The position numbers were made by a program, and so were the translations under genes. Of a stretch of 64,000 nucleotides of DNA, positions 47,958-57,780 are shown one piece after another. The stretch covers positions 1,120,001 to 1,184,000 of the forward strand of contig CBDCCK010000002.1 of the NCBI GenBank assembly GCA_965214835.1, in the 5' to 3' direction. The stretch comes from Nitrosopumilaceae archaeon. Its GTDB lineage: Archaea > Thermoproteota > Nitrososphaeria > Nitrososphaerales > Nitrosopumilaceae. Every line of letters begins with the position of its first letter. The first letter of the stretch is position 1. The notes beneath the pieces are model-generated. The model was not told the origin of the DNA. It saw only the letters and a program-made list of their open reading frames with translations, and did no database searches.

Positions 47958-48725
47958 TTATATCTCCTTGGAGTCTTTTAATAAATATTCGAAATACTCC
48001 CTTGCAAATCCCGCCAGGCCCGCATGATCTGCCCAGATCGCCACGGCCTCAGAGGTGTTCGTGCCTCCTATCTCCGAGCCCAGGAGAATCACGACATAGC
48101 GCCTGTCTGAGATGATTCCGCCCCCAAACAGCCCCTTTTTTACCTTGACGGTCGCAACCCGAGATGCTGCCTTTAGTGACTCCTTGTACATCTTGTCTGA
48201 TGTCAGGATTGTTATGTTGACCCCCCTGTCATGCAGCAGCCTCAGCTTTGGCAGTGCCTGCCTTACCAGCTCCTGGCTTGCCTCAGGCAGTGCAATCATT
48301 ACCTCGTTTCTACAGTTGTCTACCATCTCCAGGATTTTGGCGGCGATGTTTATCGTTCCTGACAGCACCCAGATGTCCGGTTTTTCACTGATCCCGCTTT
48401 TCTCATAGAGCGGGACGAGTTCATTTACAACGATGCCTTGATTCCTGGCAAACTCCTCTTCCATCCTCTGCTTGGTGGCCTCAAGGCCGGTGGACGGCGA
48501 CTTTGCAAAGTATTTTGTCGGCCTCGAGTCATCAGAGCCGATCCACCCCTTCTCCTCTAGCGTTCCCAGTACTTCGTAAATCTTCGAGTATGGAACCCCG
48601 GACTTTTGGCTGATCTCCGATGCCGTCTGCTCGCCTGATGTCAGCAGTGACGAGAACGTCCTGATCTCATAGCCTGTCAGGCCGATCTTTTCCAGGGACT
48701 TTCTGGCCTTGTCTGAGATGCTCAT
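47958..48725 (-). CDS. TrmB-family transcriptional regulator
   Basis: LEKIGLTGYE, ASEISQKSGVPYSKIYEVL.TLE.KGW and RP.KY. Confidence 0.92.
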   Translation of the reverse strand: MSISDKARKSLEKIGLTGYEIRTFSSLLTSGEQTASEISQKSGVPYSKIYEVLGTLEEKGWIGSDDSRPTKYFAKSPSTGLEATKQRMEEEFARNQGIVVNELVPLYEKSGISEKPDIWVLSGTINIAAKILEMVDNCRNEVMIALPEASQELVRQALPKLRLLHDRGVNITILTSDKMYKESLKAASRVATVKVKKGLFGGGIISDRRYVVILLGSEIGGTNTSEAVAIWADHAGLAGFAREYFEYLLKDSKEI

Positions 48726-48841
48726 CCGATCTAGTCGATCGGCCTTGATATTTAAATCCGCCACGGCAGTATCCTATATTACCCCGTTGGCTGAGTGGGA
48801 AATGCATTATATACTATTTCCTGAGATTTCCAAATGATACA

Positions 48842-50506
48842 ATGGCACTAATACAGATTTCCAACCAATCTACCAAGTCGGTAGGCAAAAAATCCACCAT
48901 AAGATTCACCCAAAGCATCTGTCCGGACTGTAACATGATCCTGGACGCAGAAGTTTTTGAAAGAGACGGCAAGGTCTTCATGTCAAAGGTCTGCCCGACC
49001 CACGGCGAATGCGAGGAGCTCTATTTTGGCTCCTATGAGCTGTACAACAAGTTCAGCACCTACTGGGTCGACGGCAAGGGCGCACATGCCCCCAACGTCA
49101 TGATCGACAAGTGCTCCTGCCCGAACAACTGCGGACTGTGCTCAAACCACCTCTCTCACAGCGGCTTGGCCAACATGATTGTCACAAACAGGTGCGACCT
49201 GACATGCTGGTACTGCTTTTTCTATGTAAAAAAGGGGCTCGAGGGCGCATACATGTACGAGCCGTCCCAGGATCAGGTCAGGGCGATGATGAAGACCCTC
49301 AGGGCAGAAAGGCCGATCCCGGGAAACTCTATGCAGATTACCGGCGGCGAGCCGATGCTAAGGGAGGATATTACCGATGTTATCAGAATAATGAAGGAGG
49401 AGGGCGTTGATCACATCCAGATGAACACCAACGGAATCAGGCATGCGATGGATCCAGAGGCCGCACGCGACGTAAGGCTGGCAGGCTGCAACAACCTGTA
49501 TCTCAGCTTTGATGGCGTCACTGCAAGGACAAACCCAAAGAACCACTGGGAGATTCCGTACGCGCTGGACAGCTGCAGAAAGACCGGAACCACCGTGGTG
49601 TTCGTCCCGACCGTAATAAAGTCAATCAATGATCACGAGCTGGGCGGAATAATCAGGTATGCACAAAAGAACATGGACGTGGTTCATGCCGTCAACTTCC
49701 AGCCGGTATCACTGACCGGCAGGATGGGCAAGACGGAGCGTGAAAAGTACAGGATCACGGTTCCCGACTGCATCCAGCGAATCGAGGAGCAGACCGGCGG
49801 CGAGGTGACAGTCGATGACTGGTTCCCGGTGCCCAGCTGCATGCCGCTGACCAACGTAATCGAGGCCTTTTCAAGCAAGCCAAAGTACGAGCTCTCAATC
49901 CACTTTGCATGCGGTGCGGGAACGTACGTGTTCGAGGACGAGGAGACCAAGAGGTTCGTCCCGCTCACAAAGTTCTGCGACATCCAGGGGATGCTGGAGC
50001 TCTTCGAGGACAAGGCAGAGGAGATCCGCTCGGGCAAGAACAAGTACTTTACGATGCTCGAGGTCGTCAGAAAGCTCTCAAGCTTTGTCGACAAGAAAAA
50101 GCAGCCGGCAGGCCTTGACCTGGCAAAGATGTTTGGAAATATACTGATGAAGAGGTCGTTTGACGCAGTCGGCTCCTGGCATGTCAAGGGACTGTTCCTG
50201 GGCATGATGCACTTTCAGGACAAGTACAACGAGGATCTCGAAAGGCTGCAGAGGTGCGACATCCACTATGTCACGCCGGATCTTCGAATAATCCCCTTCT
50301 GCGCATTCAACGTGATTCCGGAATGGTACCGGGACAGGATCCAGAAAAAGTACTCCATTACGGTAGAGGAGTGGGAGCAAAGGGAGGGCGTAAAGCTCGA
50401 GGACGGGCTGTATCGGGGTCTGATGAGGCGCGGGGCCGGCGACGAGCTTGCCGCGGGCTGTGCAAAGAGCCAGATGTTCCACGAGGCCGCCCAGGCAGTA
50501 GTGTAG
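48842..50506 (+). CDS. tes: Tetraether lipid synthase (radical SAM, MJ0619/Tes family)
   Basis: N-terminal CPDC...CPTHG, CPNNCGLC..H, TNRCDLTCWYCF, QITGGEP, NFQPVS.TGR, C-terminal RC.IHY.TPD..IIPFC. Confidence 0.88.
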   Translation: MALIQISNQSTKSVGKKSTIRFTQSICPDCNMILDAEVFERDGKVFMSKVCPTHGECEELYFGSYELYNKFSTYWVDGKGAHAPNVMIDKCSCPNNCGLCSNHLSHSGLANMIVTNRCDLTCWYCFFYVKKGLEGAYMYEPSQDQVRAMMKTLRAERPIPGNSMQITGGEPMLREDITDVIRIMKEEGVDHIQMNTNGIRHAMDPEAARDVRLAGCNNLYLSFDGVTARTNPKNHWEIPYALDSCRKTGTTVVFVPTVIKSINDHELGGIIRYAQKNMDVVHAVNFQPVSLTGRMGKTEREKYRITVPDCIQRIEEQTGGEVTVDDWFPVPSCMPLTNVIEAFSSKPKYELSIHFACGAGTYVFEDEETKRFVPLTKFCDIQGMLELFEDKAEEIRSGKNKYFTMLEVVRKLSSFVDKKKQPAGLDLAKMFGNILMKRSFDAVGSWHVKGLFLGMMHFQDKYNEDLERLQRCDIHYVTPDLRIIPFCAFNVIPEWYRDRIQKKYSITVEEWEQREGVKLEDGLYRGLMRRGAGDELAAGCAKSQMFHEAAQAVV

Positions 50507-50586
50507 AAAATCCACACCTTCTCTTTTTATTGGAGCAAAAAACACCCCTAGTTGATTCATATAATATCTGCAAGCAGCTCCCTGCA

Positions 50587-51792
50587 ATGATCGAGCCTGA
50601 TCCTCAAAAAATAACCGACATCCTGACCCTGCGCTATGATCCGGACTCGGAGTCAACGCTGCCCCCGATCGGCTGGTCTGATTTTTCCTCCGATGCAAGG
50701 GATGTCGAATCGGGCATTGAGCTCAGAATCAAAAGCAGAATCAGGGATTTTCTGGCAAAAAACAAGACCGACAGGATCACCGTCGCACTCAGCGGCGGAG
50801 TGGACTCGGTACTTGCGCTGATTCTGACGCGTGAGGCATCTCCGGATCTTAAGATCCAGTGCATATCGTTTGGATTTTCGGAAAACGATCCGGATGTCAG
50901 GGCCGCCTCCGAGGTTGCCCGACTGCACAACGCAGACTTTGAGCGGTTCTTCCTAGACAACTTCTATGAAGACCTGCCAAAGCAGATTGCCGTCATCGGC
51001 GAGCCCAAGATCAACTATTACTGGTACCGCGTGGCAAAGACTGCAAAAAGATATTCTGATATTTTAGTTACCGGCGACGGCGGCGACGAGCTGTTCTCCG
51101 GATATGTGTTCAGATACAAGAAATTCCTCGATATCCTTCCGCCAGACTCCGACTGGAGACGGCGCGCCATCACCTATCTGGACTGCCATAATCGCGACTG
51201 GGTCGAGGATCAGGATCAGATGTTTGGCAGGGCTGCAAACTTCTCATGGGATTCCGTATATGAAAGGCTGAGGCCCTTCTTTGAGAACCCCCTGCCCCCG
51301 CTTGACCAGGTCTTTCTGGCAGACTATAACGGAAAGCTGATGCATGACTGGAACCCGTCCTACGGCAGAATCTACAAGAGCCTGGGCATGACCACCTTGC
51401 AACCCTTCCTGAGCCGGGACGTTATAAGATACGCATTTACGATACCGAGCGCCCGGAAATACGACCCTAGCTCCAACGTCGGCAAGCTGCCGTTGCGCGG
51501 CATCCTGCAAAAGAAGAACTTCACAGCAGATCCCACAAAAAGGGGATTTACTCCCGACTATCCTCTGTTCTGGAACAACCACGGCAAAAAATTCGTCCAA
51601 GACTTTCTGCTTGACGGTTCCCGCGTCGTAAGGGACGGCTGGATCTCGCCATCCTGGATTCAAAAGGCCCTCAACACAGTAAATGAGGCAGGCGACCTGC
51701 GATACATGAACAAGCTGCTTCACGTCGCGGCCTTTGAGGTGTGGTACAGGCTGTTCGTTACCGGGGAGATCTCTGAGGACGCCAAAATCTGA
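50587..51792 (+). CDS. Asparagine synthetase C-terminal-domain protein (ATP-dependent amide ligase)
   Basis: ALSGGVDS, TGDGGDELFSGY, PFL, GKLPLR and KRGF; no glutaminase domain. Confidence 0.85.
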   Translation: MIEPDPQKITDILTLRYDPDSESTLPPIGWSDFSSDARDVESGIELRIKSRIRDFLAKNKTDRITVALSGGVDSVLALILTREASPDLKIQCISFGFSENDPDVRAASEVARLHNADFERFFLDNFYEDLPKQIAVIGEPKINYYWYRVAKTAKRYSDILVTGDGGDELFSGYVFRYKKFLDILPPDSDWRRRAITYLDCHNRDWVEDQDQMFGRAANFSWDSVYERLRPFFENPLPPLDQVFLADYNGKLMHDWNPSYGRIYKSLGMTTLQPFLSRDVIRYAFTIPSARKYDPSSNVGKLPLRGILQKKNFTADPTKRGFTPDYPLFWNNHGKKFVQDFLLDGSRVVRDGWISPSWIQKALNTVNEAGDLRYMNKLLHVAAFEVWYRLFVTGEISEDAKI

Positions 51793-51793
51793 A

Positions 51794-52624
51794 CTATCTG
51801 CCAAAAAGCCCACCCAGCCTTTTCCTTATCTCCCTTTTCTGCAGATCCCTGACTTTTTGCCTGTCCTCCTTTGGAAAAAGCCTGTAGTATCCGGTGTCAT
51901 CCGGCCTGAATGTAACGTACTTCCAAAGCATGTTGCACGCGCCGCGCCTGCCGATGTTGTCGTTTCTTACCAGCTCCTGCAGAGTCCTTGCCAGCACGTA
52001 CAGCGGGTGGAATCCGATTGCCCTCATTGACTGTCCAAACTCTACAAAGTTGTGCTTGTGGCCCAGCTGATCTGTGTGCTCGAATCTTGCACTCTTCAAG
52101 ACCAGGGTCTTGTATCCGTTTACCAGCGCCCTGTACACGGTCTCCGTCTCGTATCCTACTATCTCCGGGTATCTGTCGTAAAACCTGAAAAAATAGTCCT
52201 GCCTTACAAACCTGCCTCCCCCGTGCGGAAAACTGATCCGCTCCTTGCCGTGGTACCCGGAGGCGACGGCGATCTCCGGGCTCTTCTCCAGCTCACCCAG
52301 TATCTTTTCGGCGTACCCCTCCTCAAATATTGTATCCCCCGCCGCAATCATGTGATAGTCAAACTGCCTTTGCAGGCACATGTTCCACAGTGAGGGGATC
52401 CTCGCATAGTCCTTGGTAGTGCTCTTGGTTTGAAGAACCTCTATCTTGTCGCCGTACCGCCCCTTGAACTCCTGTAGAATGCCGCCGGTCCTGTCGGTGG
52501 ATCCGTCATTGACCACCAGTATCTTTTCGGGAGGGCGGGACTGGCCGACCAAGCTGCTCATCACCCTCCCGATGGATTCCTCCGAGTCTCGCACGCACAG
52601 GAAAGCATAGTACCCGCCTTTCAT
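51794..52624 (-). CDS. Glycosyltransferase family 2
   Basis: VNDGSTD.T, AAGD and PHGGGR. Confidence 0.82.
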   Translation of the reverse strand: MKGGYYAFLCVRDSEESIGRVMSSLVGQSRPPEKILVVNDGSTDRTGGILQEFKGRYGDKIEVLQTKSTTKDYARIPSLWNMCLQRQFDYHMIAAGDTIFEEGYAEKILGELEKSPEIAVASGYHGKERISFPHGGGRFVRQDYFFRFYDRYPEIVGYETETVYRALVNGYKTLVLKSARFEHTDQLGHKHNFVEFGQSMRAIGFHPLYVLARTLQELVRNDNIGRRGACNMLWKYVTFRPDDTGYYRLFPKEDRQKVRDLQKREIRKRLGGLFGR

Positions 52625-52670
52625 GATACAACCATGGGGGAGGCCTGATTTTTAAAATTACTTCCTCCAA

Positions 52671-52785
52671 CAGTCTTCCCAGAAGTAACCGACTCGTGGC
52701 GGTGCAGATGGCCATATGTGGCTCTGCAGGCAGCCTTGAACCATCTCGAGTTGAGCCGTCTTGTAGGTTGCTTCTGGGAAGACTG
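52671..52785 (+). mobile_element. MITE family E, copy 1 (115 bp)
   Basis: TIR CAGTCTTCCCAGAAG(T/C)AACC; no exact TSD; degenerate inverted copy at 57620-57739. Confidence 0.75.
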
Positions 52786-52853
52786 TTCAGACACGGAGGC
52801 CAGAAACTTCGCTCATGGCAATCTTAATGTTCCAGATGCGGCTGGTTTTCTTC

Positions 52854-53930
52854 ATGGCGAGGCCAAGGATTAGCATACTTTTAGCCGGCTGGGGCGGTTT
52901 TGGAGGCACCGGAGTAATATCCAGCCTGCGAAACAACGATGAAAAAAGGCCCGTAAGAATAATCTGCACCGACATTGCAGAAAAGCCCATCCTGCGCGAG
53001 CAGTCTGACGCGTTTTACATCCTGCCCAGGGGGAACTCAAGAAGCTACATCCCCCAGCTGGTGGAGCTGTGCAAAAAAGAAAAGGTTGATGTCATCCTGC
53101 CCGGAAGCGGTCCTGAGATACTTTCCATATCAAAAAACCTGCCCCTGCTCAGGTCCCAGAACATCGGCGCTGCGCTGGACGAATACTCAAAAATCAGGCC
53201 CCTGATGGACAAAGAAAGGGCGTACTCCATCCTGTCCAGGCATGACCTCCCCGTTCCAAGGCACATCCATGTAAAGTCTGGAGACCGGCTGATCCCCGCA
53301 ATAAAGAAACTGGGGTTTCCCAGAAACACCGTCTGCTTCAAGCCCTCGCCCTACTCGAAATCCGGGGGCGGTAGGGGATTCAAGGTTCTTAGGGCGTCTA
53401 GCTCCATCCATGACGTCGTTTTCGGAGGGCCTGCCTGCAATCAAATAGACTATGACTCTGTCGTAAGGCTTTCTAGAACATCAAGGCCCCTGAACCTGAT
53501 TGTAATGGAGTACCTGCCTGGAACCGAATTTAGCGTCTATACGTACTCGGAAAACGGAGACATGATCTACTGCGTACCCAACATTCGTCAAAGACTGGAG
53601 CAAAACTACTCGTTTGAGGCCATAACGACGGCAAATCCCCGGATAGAGGGCATCTGTAAAAAAATCGTCAGGCTGTTTGATCTGAGCTACAACACCAACA
53701 TCCAGATAAGGCTGTCCAAAAACGGGGATCCGAAGATCATTGAAATCAACCCCCGGATGGGCGGAAGCATCGTCCTGCCCAAGGCCGCCGGAATCGACAT
53801 GCCGTTTTTCTCCGTAAAGCACGCCCTGGGCGAAAAGATCCCAGCGGGCAGAAAGTACTCGCAGACTAGGATGATCAGGTACTGGAACGAGCGATTCGTG
53901 TCAAAAAGCCGCTCTTTTACCTTGGACTAG
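52854..53930 (+). CDS. ATP-grasp domain protein
   Basis: LC.KEKVDVILPG, DK..AY..L, KP...GGGRGF, MEYLPG.EFS and IEINPR.GG. Confidence 0.88.
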   Translation: MARPRISILLAGWGGFGGTGVISSLRNNDEKRPVRIICTDIAEKPILREQSDAFYILPRGNSRSYIPQLVELCKKEKVDVILPGSGPEILSISKNLPLLRSQNIGAALDEYSKIRPLMDKERAYSILSRHDLPVPRHIHVKSGDRLIPAIKKLGFPRNTVCFKPSPYSKSGGGRGFKVLRASSSIHDVVFGGPACNQIDYDSVVRLSRTSRPLNLIVMEYLPGTEFSVYTYSENGDMIYCVPNIRQRLEQNYSFEAITTANPRIEGICKKIVRLFDLSYNTNIQIRLSKNGDPKIIEINPRMGGSIVLPKAAGIDMPFFSVKHALGEKIPAGRKYSQTRMIRYWNERFVSKSRSFTLD

Positions 53931-54590
53931 CCTTGCTGCAACCGATTCCAGGTCTTCAAAGGTGTCTGTGATGCCCTTCAGCCCCGAGTCGTACCTGTAT
54001 GATCCCTTTATTCCGTATGTTTTCAGGCCCAGCCTTTTTCCCGCAACTATGTCTGATTTTAGGTTCCCCACGACGACCGTCTCTGTTTTTTTGCACCCTG
54101 TCTTTCTGATTGCGAGCCTGTACAGCCCCTCCTTTAACCCGGCATAGTCCGCATATCCCCCATCCCCCACGTCCTCTTCACACAGGACACGATCCACAAA
54201 CTCATGCAGCCTGCACCGCCTCAGAATCTCCTGCACGCCGCCCTCCCCCGTCCTGGCCGTAACTATGGCTATCTTCAGCGAGCCGCTGATCCTTTTGAGT
54301 GCCGAGTACGCGTCGGGCTTGGGTCTTAGAAGCACGATGTTTTTGTCATCTCTTAAAAACTCCAGCCTTGAGCTGGCGCACCTTTGCGCCAGTTCCGGGT
54401 CGTTCCTGACTGCCCTTTTGAATATGTTCCCTGCAAGCATCCCGTTTTTCCTCCACCGCATGATTTCACTAGACGCCGGGGGCCTTATCCTGTAATCCTT
54501 CAAAACACGCCTGAACGACTCTATGTCTGCAAGCTTGTTGTCCAGTATGGTATCGTCCAGATCCAGCAGTAGCAACCTGTAGCCCCCCAT
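53901..54590 (-). CDS. HAD-family hydrolase
   Basis: LDLDDTILD, IVTAR, K and VVGNLKSD. Confidence 0.85.
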   Translation of the reverse strand: MGGYRLLLLDLDDTILDNKLADIESFRRVLKDYRIRPPASSEIMRWRKNGMLAGNIFKRAVRNDPELAQRCASSRLEFLRDDKNIVLLRPKPDAYSALKRISGSLKIAIVTARTGEGGVQEILRRCRLHEFVDRVLCEEDVGDGGYADYAGLKEGLYRLAIRKTGCKKTETVVVGNLKSDIVAGKRLGLKTYGIKGSYRYDSGLKGITDTFEDLESVAARLVQGKRAAF

Positions 54591-54608
54591 CCGGATCCCC
54601 CGCCGCCT

Positions 54609-55004
54609 CTATTCCTTTACCTCGTCAACTGACTCTATTGAGGCAATCAGGTCTCTGACCTCCTTGATCTTTTCCCTGTCGGCTTTTCCCAACTGGATGT
54701 CGATGAGCAGCCCAAAGATCTTTGCCATGGTTGGATTCTGCCTCATGTACACGTCCTGCTCCACGCTCATCTGCGTCTTCCTGTGCCACGCCCCGATCAG
54801 GACGGCCACCGGCACGTACACTGCAAGGAAAAACAGCGTAAACAGCCACAGCTGGTCAAATATATTGTCCAGGAACTCCACCCTTTCGACCAGCAGCCTG
54901 TGGAAAATCAGGATAAAGTTTCCAAACGATAGTGCAAAAATCAGGTAAAACGCGTGACCGTTTCTAAAATCAAGCCACCTTCTCCGTCCCCACGTACTGG
55001 CCAT
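54609..55004 (-). CDS. Small membrane protein
   Basis: Two TM helices; WLDFRNGH..YL and IG.WHRKTQ pattern. Confidence 0.7.
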   Translation of the reverse strand: MASTWGRRRWLDFRNGHAFYLIFALSFGNFILIFHRLLVERVEFLDNIFDQLWLFTLFFLAVYVPVAVLIGAWHRKTQMSVEQDVYMRQNPTMAKIFGLLIDIQLGKADREKIKEVRDLIASIESVDEVKE

Positions 55005-55079
55005 GAATATACATCCGCATTGCGTGATAAGAAGAAACTAGTCTAATATTTTCTACTCAGCTCCCAAAAATTTGGAATG

Positions 55080-55853
55080 CTATCCCACGTCCTCCCTTCC
55101 GGCACTCTCTAGCAGGCTCCTGTACGCCCTCAGCTGGCTTTGTGCCCTGGAGTTTATCGCGCGATTCACCTTTTCTTTGGGGGACATGGGATATTCCTGC
55201 CACCACTCTGGATGTGTCAGGATGTACAGCCTCTCGTATTTCCGCTCGTTTACCACGTCAAAAATCCTCTCGTGTCTCCAGTAGCCGTTCGAGTCCGAAC
55301 AGTATTTGTAGTTCCTCTTTAGCTGGTCGCTGTACGCATTAAACATGGAGCCGATCTTCTCCTGATCAAATCTTAGCAGGTTGTGCGCCTCGGGGTTGTG
55401 GAACGAAAACGCATTTATCTTTACCTTGAACGGCCTTTCTATCTGGTCTTTTTCAAAAAGAAGCTTTTCTTCCAACTCTTTCCTGCCCTCGATTTTTGTG
55501 AAAAACTCGCCTTCAAAATGCAGCCCGATCCTGTGTCCTAGCTTGGCTATTTTCTTGATTTTTTCAAAAATACCCCTTTCAAACAGGTTGTAAAACTCAC
55601 TGTGTATTCGTACAAAAAACGTCGAGGCGATACCGTACTCTCCTTCAATCTCTGCAATCTTCAGCGCCCTGTGAACCGAAAAGTCAACGTCGTGTCTTAG
55701 TACAATGTGCGGCTTTTTGGGAACCCTGTCACCAAGGAACGCGAACTCATAGCCCTCTTTTGCAGTCCTTAAAATCCTCCTGTAGTGCTCCTCGGTAAAG
55801 TCCTCAAAGTCCCTCCTTAGTTTTTCCGCATCGGCGCCTGTCATGACTTGCAC
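55080..55853 (-). CDS. Polysaccharide-deacetylase-like protein
   Basis: LRHDVD, STFF, GHRIGLHF, SFHNP, SDSNG.W and LTHPEWW. Confidence 0.8.
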   Translation of the reverse strand: MQVMTGADAEKLRRDFEDFTEEHYRRILRTAKEGYEFAFLGDRVPKKPHIVLRHDVDFSVHRALKIAEIEGEYGIASTFFVRIHSEFYNLFERGIFEKIKKIAKLGHRIGLHFEGEFFTKIEGRKELEEKLLFEKDQIERPFKVKINAFSFHNPEAHNLLRFDQEKIGSMFNAYSDQLKRNYKYCSDSNGYWRHERIFDVVNERKYERLYILTHPEWWQEYPMSPKEKVNRAINSRAQSQLRAYRSLLESAGREDVG

Positions 55854-56668
55854 CCCTCGTTGAAAACCGGGGCATATGCCCCGCTGCCGGATTTTCTGAT
55901 GAATTTACGTATCTCTTTTTCATACCATGTCTTGGATTTTAAGTTGGGAAACTCGTTTTGGTACAGATCTTTGATTCCGGCAATGTCTGATTTTTTGACT
56001 TTGTTCCTGATCAGTCCCACGGAGTTAACCCTTGTAAACTGCTGGCAGTTGATCAGTGAAAACGGCAGGACATCCTTTGATATCAAGTTTCCCATACCCG
56101 GCATGGGGTACCTGCCTATCTTGCAATACCGGTGGATTTGATTGCCAAGACCAATGTTTGCAAAGCTGTCCACCTCCACATGTCCCCCCAGCATTGCTTG
56201 GTTGGCCATGATTACGCCGTCGCCGACCTCCACGTCATGGGCAAGGTGGCAGTATGCCATAATGTAGCATCTTGATCCGATCACCGTCTTTTTCTTAACA
56301 GTTGGCAGGTGTATGGTCGAGAACTCCTTGATCACGTTGCCGTCTCCTATCTCTATTGCCCCGAATCTTTTCAGAGAATCCTCGGTGCTTTTTTCTCGAA
56401 ACGAGGCGCGCTGTGGCCCCGTCCCTATGACGCAGTATGGATAGATCCGGTTTCCCCCTCCGATCCTGACCCTGCCCCTTGTTATTACCCCGTGATCAAT
56501 TATCGTATCGTTGCCGATCTGCAGCCTGCCCTCCAAAACTGTATTGTCCCATATTGTCACATTGTCCCCGATGCTGCCGCTAGCAGAGATTCTCGCATTC
56601 TCCCCGATCCTTACGACCTTTCCGATCTTTATTTTTCCCAAGTCATCTCGCCCCGTATTGTCCCTCAA
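55841..56668 (-). CDS. LpxA-like left-handed beta-helix acyltransferase
   Basis: Hexapeptide repeats, IGDGNVIKEF.TIH, MAYCHLAHD, LGGHVEV, KDV.PF and N.VGL.R. Confidence 0.82.
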   Translation of the reverse strand: MRDNTGRDDLGKIKIGKVVRIGENARISASGSIGDNVTIWDNTVLEGRLQIGNDTIIDHGVITRGRVRIGGGNRIYPYCVIGTGPQRASFREKSTEDSLKRFGAIEIGDGNVIKEFSTIHLPTVKKKTVIGSRCYIMAYCHLAHDVEVGDGVIMANQAMLGGHVEVDSFANIGLGNQIHRYCKIGRYPMPGMGNLISKDVLPFSLINCQQFTRVNSVGLIRNKVKKSDIAGIKDLYQNEFPNLKSKTWYEKEIRKFIRKSGSGAYAPVFNEGCKS

Positions 56669-57446
56669 GCTGTCTTGCCACGTTTTCAGGCTTGTGCATG
56701 TCGGGCAAACCCCTGACTACATTAAAGTCATAGTTTAGCACCCTCAGTCCCAGGGACAGCGCCTGCAGTCCTGTGGTGCTGTATGCCGGAATGGCCATCC
56801 CGCCGGCGTACTTTAGGTCGATGAGGCACTCGTAGCTTCTCAGCAGCTCCGGCATCTCCTGGTATTTTCTGGGCCTTTGATCCCTGGACTGGGCATCATA
56901 ATCCAGCGAAATTCCGTGCTTTTTTAGCAGATCTGCAATGATTTCCGGCGTCTCCGTCTGCGTCATGAGGCATAGGGCCCTTCCGTTTTGCTCTATTGTA
57001 CGTGCTGCAAACAGCTCCGTATCCACCGGATTCGGTATGTACGTAGAGTCTACAAGCTTTGTCAGATCCGGAGTGCTGACGAAAATCCCATCCGCGGATT
57101 CCTCATACCTGGCTCTTTTTTCCTGCGGTGTCTCCCTCAGGCGTGTCCCGTGATAGTGCAAGAACACGTCCTTTTGGGGGTATCTTTTCCTGATTTTTGG
57201 CACCAGCTCGTACAAGTCATGGACGTGAACGACATCATAGTCCCTTGAGATTTTTTCAGCGGTTTTGAGGAACTGCACTCCGGCAAGCGCCCTGTGCTCC
57301 TCGCCCCCGTAATGGGACAGGATTCCGAACCTGTCGAATCCCTTGCGCTTTATCACCTTTGTCTCGTGGCCAAACAGCCTTGACTGGTATCTTGCAGTGA
57401 TGCATGCCACCCCTGCCTGATCCCATACGTGTAAAATTTTTCTCAC
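56643..57446 (-). CDS. Glycosyltransferase (GT-B/GT4-like)
   Basis: KILHV.D.AGV, DVVHVH, HYHGT, VSTPDL and IPNPVDTELF. Confidence 0.75.
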   Translation of the reverse strand: MRKILHVWDQAGVACITARYQSRLFGHETKVIKRKGFDRFGILSHYGGEEHRALAGVQFLKTAEKISRDYDVVHVHDLYELVPKIRKRYPQKDVFLHYHGTRLRETPQEKRARYEESADGIFVSTPDLTKLVDSTYIPNPVDTELFAARTIEQNGRALCLMTQTETPEIIADLLKKHGISLDYDAQSRDQRPRKYQEMPELLRSYECLIDLKYAGGMAIPAYSTTGLQALSLGLRVLNYDFNVVRGLPDMHKPENVARQLEGQYGAR

Positions 57447-57619
57447 GGCGCCTCTATCAGCGTTATCCTACAACGCTTTTAACAATTGCTTCCCTGCCAG
57501 CTAAACGAAACGTGAATGGAATTGCTGTTTTTGTCTTGCTACTGGGCATGTTCGAGACGCCGTGTCTCTTGACAGGTTTCTGCTCTTGCCTGATTTTTCA
57601 GCACATTTCAGCTGCCTGC

Positions 57620-57739
57620 CGGCCTTCAGAAGTTCCCCATAAAACGGCCTTCAGACCCGAAACGATTCAGAACGAGCTGCCTGCAGATCCACTTATGGTC
57701 GTGTGCACCACCACGAGCAGGCCACTTCTGGGAAGACTG
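57620..57739 (-). mobile_element. MITE family E, copy 2 (degenerate, inverted)
   Basis: 57676-57739 matches the reverse complement of 52671-52734 and ends in ACTTCTGGGAAGACTG. Confidence 0.7.
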
Positions 57740-57780
57740 TACGAACAAACCGTTATTTATCTGACGGGTGGGAGCATCCC

